A program made the position numbers and the translations under genes. Under the pieces are notes generated by a model. The model saw nothing but the letters and a program-made list of their open reading frames with translations, made no database searches and was not told the origin of the DNA. Source: Obrimoposthia wandeli (lineage: Eukaryota). Taken from it: DNA of 64,000 bases. Numbering within the stretch: the first letter of the stretch is position 1; the number at the start of each line of letters is the position of its first letter. The stretch lies in contig CDROCS010001419.1 in the NCBI GenBank assembly GCA_977020255.1, positions 372,001 through 436,000 of the forward strand. The letters run 5' to 3'. Positions 51,594-59,881 of this stretch are shown piece by piece.

Positions 51594-54341
51594 TGGGAAA
51601 GCGGTTATTAAAAACGCAACTCATGATAAGGCGTAATATAGTGAAGCGAGTATTTAGGACAGACAAATAAGTGAAGATAAAGATGGGGAATTATGAGCAA
51701 AGGTAGGCGAATAGCTAAATCGAATTTTGTAAATGGCTATTGAGTTGGAAGAAGAAAACCGAGAAGAGGAGTTACAAAGAGATTTAAACGAGTTTGAAAA
51801 ATTACATGTAGGGTTTTGTCACCAAATTGAACAACATACATAAATAGAAATAGAACGTTGAAGAATGTTCAAGTAGAATGAAAGTAAGAAAATATTTAAC
51901 TAAATTAAGAAACTTAACATTGGAAATATTTAATGGAAAGTCCTATGCATATCAATTTAGAAAGCGACATTCAACGTATTGATTTAATATGTGGCGGATG
52001 ATAAGACGAGTTAGCTTCTTCGTCTGCATCAGTATTTGGGACGTGATTTCCGGAATATTTTTATGTAACTTTGTTTTCTGAGTAATTTAAAGGATTCCAA
52101 ATCTATTATACTATATCATTTTCGTTGAAGTTTTGCTATTGATAATTTTCAAAGTGTTGTAATGCCTAAATCTATTGAAGTGTTTTAAAGTGTTATTTTA
52201 CCTTAATTTCAAGAAACCTTTACTAAATTAAGTACAAATTGTGTTTTGTTTTTTAATGAAAATGAAATATTACCATTCACATATTAGTAGCAGGTAATTA
52301 TAGGTAGAAACTTACTTATAAAAGCAAAGTATAGAAAATGCTCTTTCTAAGTCTCAAAATGGATATCAACGTGTCAAAGATAATTTCTCTTGAAAAGAAA
52401 TGATAGCCCCAGAGAAATGTGATCCATTATTCACTTTGACTTTGAGCTGAATGATTAAAGGACATTAAGCTGTAATTGAAGCCTCGGTTAACTTTCACAA
52501 TGTCATTGATAATAAATGTAAAATTGGTTGCGAAGAGTTTCCATTAATTTTGGTAATTATCATTTACAATAATTATTCCAGTGATAAACAAGCAAACACA
52601 TATTACTCTTTTATTAGAAACTTCTTGAACTATCGTAATAACACTATATGAAAGTGTAACTTTTATCAAATTGCACATTTAAAGGTTTCAAAATGTATAA
52701 AGATATTAATTATTTCAAATTTAGTCATTTATTTCTATCAATATCATTTGTATTTTTATCATTGCGTGACATTTATATGACTAGGATCATTTTTAAATCC
52801 CCTTTTTCCCATAACTAAAAATAAATATATATATAACATTACAGTGATCAAAAACACTCATCCAGTTTATCAATGAGGACAGTAGGTAAACTTTAGAAAA
52901 TTTCTATTTTGTACTCATATTGCCTGACATGATCAGAAAGACCATCTTAAAGAATATATTTCTGTTAGAAAAACAATAAAAAAACTACACAAGAAAACAG
53001 CTAAGCAAATTTAGTATTTAATGCCAGTTAACAGACAACAGCCGTACAGATCCTACAGAGAATTTTAGTCATAATATTTCTGATGATTAAGATAATTTCA
53101 ATGGAATCCTGGTTGTGACTTGAATAAAAGTTTAAGTCAAAATGCCAAAAATCAAAATATTTTTTCCTAAAAATTATCTGACACCAGAGAACATGATTTT
53201 GATCCCACTTAACAGACCACAACCGTATACAACAGATGACATATTTCCTGAACCTACAATGATGATTATCATATTCGCCTAATATCTTTGAATGTCATCA
53301 GCAGAGAAAGAATACTTTCATATATGATACCAGATAATTAATATATTATGGTTTTATGGTTTCTAAAAAAAGGAAGTATTTCTAGAAAGATAATATTATT
53401 TTATTAATATCTTATTTTTGTAACGCATTTTGTTATTTTATATTATTTCATACATTTCTATGTATCCTATGTTAAATTCCAAATTTGATAAAAATAATTA
53501 TTTGATAATTAATTATGATAAGAAAATCGTGAATGTGAATAACAGTATTTATCTACATCGTATTAGCAGATAATGAAACGAAAATTTATTGCTACATCTA
53601 CTGAGGTGGAAGAAAAGTTAACTAGCGGTTAGTTTGTCACAAATATTGAAATGGGGATAGAGAAGGCTAAGAAGCACGTTTCAATTAAGACGTTACAGGA
53701 TAGCAATTTGGCTCAACTATTGTCAAATAAAATAATAAAGCTAATATTTAAAGTATTGGACAATATAATTATTCATTATTAATTCTGCGATAATGATGTA
53801 ATTATTGACCTCAACTTCAATAAAAACAATATCGTTAGATTAATAATGAATAATTCTATATTGTTTTCTTTTGTTTGACGGCATTTCAAAATAAATCATG
53901 GTAATTAACTTTTTCCAGTAGTAAGATTCTCAAAATTTTGTAATAATGCAGTAGAATCTTGTGAAATTGAAAACGTAATAGTATAAAAAACATGCTTAAT
54001 CAGTAATTGTAGACAACATGCAACATTGGTATCATATGATACTATGATAACCAAGTGATATAAAATATATAATTTTGACCTATACTCATACAATGTAATT
54101 TGTCATTATTTTTATGCATAGCTAAACAATGTATATAAATTTGGTCAATATACCTAATTAAAATAAACTGAATAAGCATGTACAAAATAATAATACCAAA
54201 TTTGCGAAAACAATTTTGCAAAATTGTCAATTGACTCAAGCATCAATTTTGCAAAATAGTGCTTATTTTATTAATTAGGTAAAAAGAAGCGATTTGCATT
54301 TGTTTTTCTATTTACAAGAATATTTATTTCACAATTTGAAA

Positions 54342-54785
54342 ATGGATCCAATGCGCAAACTATTTGAAGATAAAATAGCCCAGATGATCAAATCCAAAGG
54401 AGTGAATGCCTCTGCTGTGATGTCGAGACAACAGTACGACGAGATCCTGATTCGATTACGACATCTGGAGTCGGATACGGACTCAAAGAAGAGTGCCAAG
54501 GACTATCGACTTATGAGGAAATACGATATTATAGAGTATGGCGTCGACGATACTGCGGTAAGCAAACTCGCAAAAAAAGCTACTGCTTTGCAATTCATCT
54601 GTGTTGATGGGCTCTTCAATGTGACCCATACAAATCATCTCGCTGAAGGACATGGAGGACCACGAATTACATATAGAGCAGTTTGTGAAAAATATGCCAA
54701 TGTAACTCTGGAACAGATTGAGGTGTACCGGAATATATGTGAGGACTGTCAATTGAAGAAAAGCATTAATAGCATTTACCAATAA
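54342..54785 (+). pseudogene. Ginger/KRBA2-SCAND3-like integrase N-terminal fragment (HHCC zinc finger), truncated before the catalytic core
   Basis: HLAEGHGGPRITYRAVCEKYANVTLEQIEVYRNICEDCQLKK; no DDE core follows. Confidence 0.7.
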
Positions 54786-56150
54786 GCAACAACTTTGAGA
54801 AATTGTGGTCAATACAACAATTTGATCTAACATATCTAATGAATATCGAGAAATAGCTTTTAAATTATAAAATAATTACTCATTTCAATTTGTATTTTAA
54901 TACATGTTTTATTCTTTGTTTCAGATATATAGCTATAAATTTAAAAGTGAAGCAAAATCGTTTTCGAAGATGGTTTACTACTTTAGTAATCCTTCTTGAT
55001 GCCAGCGTGTCAATGAAGTTGTTGAAAAAGAAAATGATGCAGAATGAAGATGACAATGAATTCAGAAATGAAGAGAATTCAGATGATGACAGTTATGTTT
55101 TACTTCGTAAACATAATTCAAAAGAGTCAGATTCTACAAACAGAATAATTATTTTAAATACGAACAATTAAACAAATTATATTGGCATGCTGTTTCTGGC
55201 TTCTGATTTGTACATGAGTATGTTGCCAAGAAAACTAAGCCAAATAACCAAAGTTGAATGATGACAGTTAATGGGATTGGAAATTTTGCATATCATATAT
55301 GTTTATAAGCGGTAGCAAAGCTAATTATTATGCAATTGTTTAGTTTGATGTTTTGTGCAAATTGAGCATCATAATACATTTATATCAACAATATTTATAC
55401 TAAAAAATGTAGTTTTTTCAAACTTTTCAATTTTTGATTTGATTACCCCGATTCAAAATAGAATTACACAAAACTAATGTTTAATATGTTTGGTAACAAA
55501 AGAGTTAAATGTATATTTCAACTGTAGCATTTTACGCCCTAGTGAGCTGTTGATATTAATGTTTGCGAAGAATAACTATATATAATAGAATATAAAAGTG
55601 TATTGATAAAATAAATTCGCAGTTTTATATCTTGAAGACAACACAGTTTGTACTAATCACATAGATGAAGAACTATTCAAATATACAGGCATTTTAAAAT
55701 ATTTTATACAGATAAGATAATTTTACATGGTTATCTGATTGTTTATTTAGTAGGAAATGTTTTTAAGTAATGTTGAACAATTATTTAATTTAGGGGAATA
55801 TTATATGGGTAACTTATTACACCATATCTAATGTTTTATTTGTCCTTATAAAACTAAATACATCATTTTAAAGTGCATATAAAATTGGGTTGAGTTCAAA
55901 AGATTCTGCAGTCTGTTTACTTCAAATGCAATTGCTATATAACTGTTGGGGTTTCTATACGAAACTTGGTATAGAGCCTCTTAGTGTGCGGAGGGCCCCA
56001 ACGTGAGTTCGATTAGAAGCAGGTCTTAAAGTTGGTCGTGGCCTACTTAGTGTTATGGTTGCCTAATCTCTTGTACTATCTGAAGGTGTTTGATTTGATG
56101 TCTCTTAGTCTGAAGGGTGTAAAAACAACTTGTTCTAATGTAGGAAATTG

Positions 56151-56156
56151 TTTATT
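56151..56156 (-). terminator. Candidate LTR polyadenylation signal AATAAA
   Basis: Same position relative to the LTR end as the AATAAA in the solo LTR. Confidence 0.5.
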
Positions 56157-56426
56157 CAAAATTCACGTAACTAACACCACAATACGTTTATGTACGTATT
56201 TCTAAAAAGTATGATAAAATTCCTAAAGGACTTCCGTGAGTCTCTACAAGAAGTGGGGATGAACCACGTATCGATTTTACGTTCAGGTGATTAAGTTTCT
56301 TAGGTTTAGTCTTCTTACTCAGGTTGGTTAATCTATAACGCAACTCTCTTAATTTTCTTCGCTCCTACTTCTTATCTCTAGCTAAATGTTTCTTTGTTCC
56401 TTACTCTCTCTGTGTGTGTTTGACCC

Positions 56427-56858
56427 AAATTGTCTACTGTAGACAAGGGATCTCCTAAAAACCTAATTGTCAAGATGACAATAAAAACTTACTCCTAATT
56501 GTCAACTACGGACAATGAACGAACCGAATTGTCAGCTAGTGGACAATGAGTCTTACCGAATTGTCTACTAGGGACAATGAATATTTATCCGAATTACCAA
56601 CTAGGGGCAATGAAGGAACCTAATTGTCAGCTAGGGACAATGAATCTTACGGGAAAAACGTCTGGTAGGTTTCCTAATTGTCGCTGGGGACAATGAATAA
56701 AGGTCCGATCCTAATTACCAACTAGGGGCAATGATTGTGGTAAAGAGACAGTGATCCTAATTACCAGCTAGGGGCAATGAATTTGTGTATGATTAAGAAA
56801 ATATAGAATTACCAACTAGGGGTAATGAATATATCCTAATTGCCTACTAGGGGCAATG
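56427..56858 (-). repeat. Array of 12 palindromic ~23-bp units separated by unique 7-31-nt spacers
   Basis: Minus-strand consensus cATTG(T/C)C-CCTAG(T/C)N-G(A/G)CAATt with a 6-bp stem and usually a 7-nt loop. Confidence 0.9.
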
Positions 56859-56958
56859 ACTGAACCTAGTCTGTGTTCTTACCAGTTACAGCAACTCGTG
56901 GGACGTCCGGTGTAGGGTCCGTATGTGGTGTTTGCGAGCCTGGCGGAATCGTCTTCGA

Positions 56959-57453
56959 AATCGACTGTTCGTCTCTTCAATCAACGGTTCGTCTTCTTAA
57001 ATCAACGGTTCGACTCTTCAATCAACGGTTCGACTCTTCAATCAACGGTTCGACTCTTCAATCAACGGTTCGACTCTTCAATCAACGGTTCGACTCTTCA
57101 ATCAACGGTTCGACTCTTCAATCAACGGTTCGACTCTTCAATCAACGGTTCGACTCTTAAATCAACGGTTCGACTCTTAAATCAACGGTTCGACTCTTAA
57201 ATCAACGGTTCGACTCTTAAATCAACGGTTCGACTCTTAAATCAACGGTTCGACTCTTCAATCAACGGTTCGACTCTTAAATCAACGGTTCGACTCTTCA
57301 ATCAACGGTTCGACTCTTAAATCAACGGTTCGACTCTTCAATCAACGGTTCGACTCTTCAATCAACGGTTCGACTCTTAAATCAACGGTTCGACTCTTCA
57401 ATCAACGGTTCGACTCTTAAATCAACGGTTCGACTCTTAAATCAACGGTTCGT
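56959..57453. repeat. 20-bp tandem array (ATCAACGGTTCGACTCTT[C/A]A), 22 exact units plus flanking degenerate units
   Basis: Exact 20-nt periodicity from 57001 to 57440 with a single variable site. Confidence 0.98.
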
Positions 57454-57531
57454 CTGACGAGGGGATTGTTGCTTCCTGTCTTTGTTTCTTCTGGCGATTC
57501 CGTATTTGTGATTCTAGCTGGAAAACCTGCC

Positions 57532-57539
57532 TTTATATA
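57532..57539 (-). promoter_or_regulatory. Candidate LTR TATA box (TATATAAA)
   Basis: Lies on the minus strand upstream of both arrays, preceded by two GCAGC.GTCAA.TGAT.GAC repeats. Confidence 0.55.
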
Positions 57540-58221
57540 TTGGCACTGGACGTCAATCAGTTGACGGCTGCGTTGAGTCTTTCTTCAGCGAACCCGGAGA
57601 GAATATTGCAATGTCAATCAATTGACAGCTGCAAACAAAATTTAGTTTATTGCACGAAAATGTGCTTACCTTGGGGATCCTTGAGCGACGGTTGTAATTA
57701 ACCGTTTTTCTTTTAATTAACTAAATTTCTTGCGACTTCTGGGTTAATTAATTTAACTTATATACATCTCACATTGTACACGACCTTCGTGGTCCTCCTA
57801 ATTTTACCCTAATATTTCACTATTTTTACTTCTAAAACTTAAATTAATATTTTAATTTAATTTTCGACCTTGCTTTCAAGGATTTTTATTTTAGTATTTA
57901 ATCAACTAAAATATTTAATTTTCTTAATTCTCAACCTTAACATACCTCGGGGGTTCCAAAAAAGTTACGTCCCCGGAACGTATCGATTTTACTTAAATAA
58001 GCCTTTGGCTGTTGATTTTAGGTTCATCCCTACAAAATCAATCATTCAACCTCAACAAACATGCCCAAAAAAATTTTTTCCAAAATCCCGGTTTTTAGTG
58101 GGAAACATAATATATAAGTTGGAACATGTCTCAATTTATACACTATTACTTATAACAACTAAAATTTACATACAAGATTACACGATAACCAAGGTCAGGA
58201 AGGAAAGAAGGGAGGAAAGGA

Positions 58222-58758
58222 TTAATTGTCGTATGTCAAGTCAATTGTAATTGTTGGCTGGTTCCGACTGGCCAGGTAGCGTAGAACCTGTTCCAGGGGA
58301 AGGTCGGGAAAGGACGGACTGTCCCCGTTGTACAAATGGAGTTGCTGGCTCCGGGTCAAATGCGGGCTGTCGATGAACAGGTCGAAGTGCTGCCTGTTCA
58401 TGTTATGGCTTTCAATCCAGTGCCGTCTGGCCTGGAACCACGAGTGGCAGTCTCGACTAGACCGCCATCTCTCGCGGACGCCCAGTTGTGTGTCGCGCCG
58501 GCGTGCGAGACACACGTAGCATTGGCAATGGATGCCACCAATGCAGCTGGCAGGCGATCGGGTGCCTTTGTGTCTTCCGCGGCTCTGGAGTGTCCATTTG
58601 GCGAAGGGTGTCCGGCACAGTGGACAGGTGATTTGTCCGGTGGTTCGAACCTTGGTCCACAAATAGAGGCACTCCTCGTGAAATTTGTGACGGCAGCCGA
58701 CAGGGGATGCTGATACCGCCCAAATCTTCTCCATGCATACGGAGCACAACATCTGCAT
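58222..58758 (-). CDS. RING-H2 protein 3 (178 aa) with a CxCxxC cluster and a C-terminal SIM-like ITIDLT
   Basis: CSVC..CRHKFHEEC..W..CPLC; intact ORF. Confidence 0.9.
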   Translation of the reverse strand: MQMLCSVCMEKIWAVSASPVGCRHKFHEECLYLWTKVRTTGQITCPLCRTPFAKWTLQSRGRHKGTRSPASCIGGIHCQCYVCLARRRDTQLGVRERWRSSRDCHSWFQARRHWIESHNMNRQHFDLFIDSPHLTRSQQLHLYNGDSPSFPDLPLEQVLRYLASRNQPTITIDLTYDN

Positions 58759-59092
58759 GAGAAAATGACTCCTTTCAATTTGGGGTTCACCGTTCTCATC
58801 GTTAATTTAAATTCTATTTCAAAATGAATCCTTAGTTATCTAATCCTACCGAGTTTTGTTTCGATTTTAGGCATGTTTACGCATTCACACTAAGCATAAA
58901 AATTGTCTTTTTTAGAAATTCAGTATAATAATTACAATTTCAGTTAAACATCATACATAAAAATGGTAATGGTCAATTTACAGTTCACAAGATTATATAA
59001 TTATGATTACAATTATGGTAGCTAATTTATCGCGGTATGCGATACACAGGGTAGTTCATGATGTCACGTTCAAGTCAGAAAGTTACCTTCGA

Positions 59093-59398
59093 TTATTGTT
59101 GGGGATTGGGCTGGCCTGTGCTTCGCTCCTCCACGCAGAACGAGCACCAGCAATCGCAGATGGTTTTCCAGCAGTGTACGATGGGTACCACTGCTTGGAG
59201 GCTGTCTTGGTTGTACACGTAGTGTACTGAGAAGGTCGCTCTGCACATCGGGCAGGTTGGGAAGTCGAGGGGATTGTTGCTGTTGGCAATGGGGATCCAC
59301 GTCTCGAGGCATTCGACGTGGAAAAGGTGGTCGCAGTTGTTGGGCTTGGTGTAGAAGTCCACGATGCTCTCGTAGCAGATGGAACATTCTCCAGACAT
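59093..59398 (-). CDS. RING-H2 protein 2 (101 aa) with C-terminal Cys cluster
   Basis: CSIC..CDHLFHVEC..W..CPMC, then CWKTICDCWCSFC. Confidence 0.9.
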   Translation of the reverse strand: MSGECSICYESIVDFYTKPNNCDHLFHVECLETWIPIANSNNPLDFPTCPMCRATFSVHYVYNQDSLQAVVPIVHCWKTICDCWCSFCVEERSTGQPNPQQ

Positions 59399-59458
59399 TA
59401 CTGTGGGAGGGTTGATGTTGAATTTGGGCTCGATTGAGGACTGGTGGTTGTGTGATCT

Positions 59459-59758
59459 TTACACAAAAGTGGTCTGATTTTGTCGATCTGACAAACAGTA
59501 ATAACACCAACACTCTCCGAAATTCTTCCAGCAGAATACCACCTGTACATATACATCCCTTTGGTTGGGTTCTAACATGACGAATCTTGCGAATTGTCTT
59601 CTGCATATAGGGCAACGAGGGTATGTTGGGTGTCCGAACTGTCCATAAGTTCTGATCCATGTCGATAAACATTCCTCGTGGTGTAAATGGTTGCAGGTTT
59701 CGGGTCTTGTTCTTCGTTCGGTTAGATCTTCTAAACATATTGGGCATTCTTCGGCCAT
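59459..59758 (-). CDS. RING-H2 protein 1 (99 aa) with C-terminal Cys cluster
   Basis: CPIC..CNHLHHEEC..W..CPIC, then CWKNFGECWCYYC. Confidence 0.9.
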   Translation of the reverse strand: MAEECPICLEDLTERRTRPETCNHLHHEECLSTWIRTYGQFGHPTYPRCPICRRQFARFVMLEPNQRDVYVQVVFCWKNFGECWCYYCLSDRQNQTTFV

Positions 59759-59794
59759 TCTAAATACATGATGATGATTAATTTCTACATGAGT

Positions 59795-59802
59795 TTTATA
59801 TA
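59795..59802 (-). promoter_or_regulatory. Candidate internal TATA box for the RING cluster
   Basis: TATATAAA about 37 nt upstream of the RING1 ATG, in an AT-rich spacer. Confidence 0.45.
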
Positions 59803-59881
59803 CTGCTACTATTTGTACAATCGCTTCTAGATATTTCTACATATTTCACACACTAATTTATCTACAACCTCCTCTGACTCA

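Larger units (their letters stand above)
55944..57942 (-). repeat. 3' LTR (1999 bp)
   Basis: On the minus strand it starts TGTTAAGG and ends CCCCAACA; both ends are homologous to the TSD-flanked solo LTR at 49238-51255. Confidence 0.85.

Noticed and set aside
57006-57017. tRNA gene suggested by GGTTCGA
   Set aside because: There is no cloverleaf or A-box; the motif is part of the tandem unit.
56873-57200. ORFs 56873-57160 and 56925-57200
   Set aside because: They are translations of the 20-bp tandem repeat.
56427-57453. CRISPR array call for either LTR array
   Set aside because: The context is a eukaryotic LTR with no cas genes. The 20-bp array has no spacers, and the hairpin array's spacers are too short and variable (7-31 nt).
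57870-58250. 126-aa plus-strand ORF
   Set aside because: It starts at TTG, is low-complexity, crosses the LTR boundary and has no recognisable domain.
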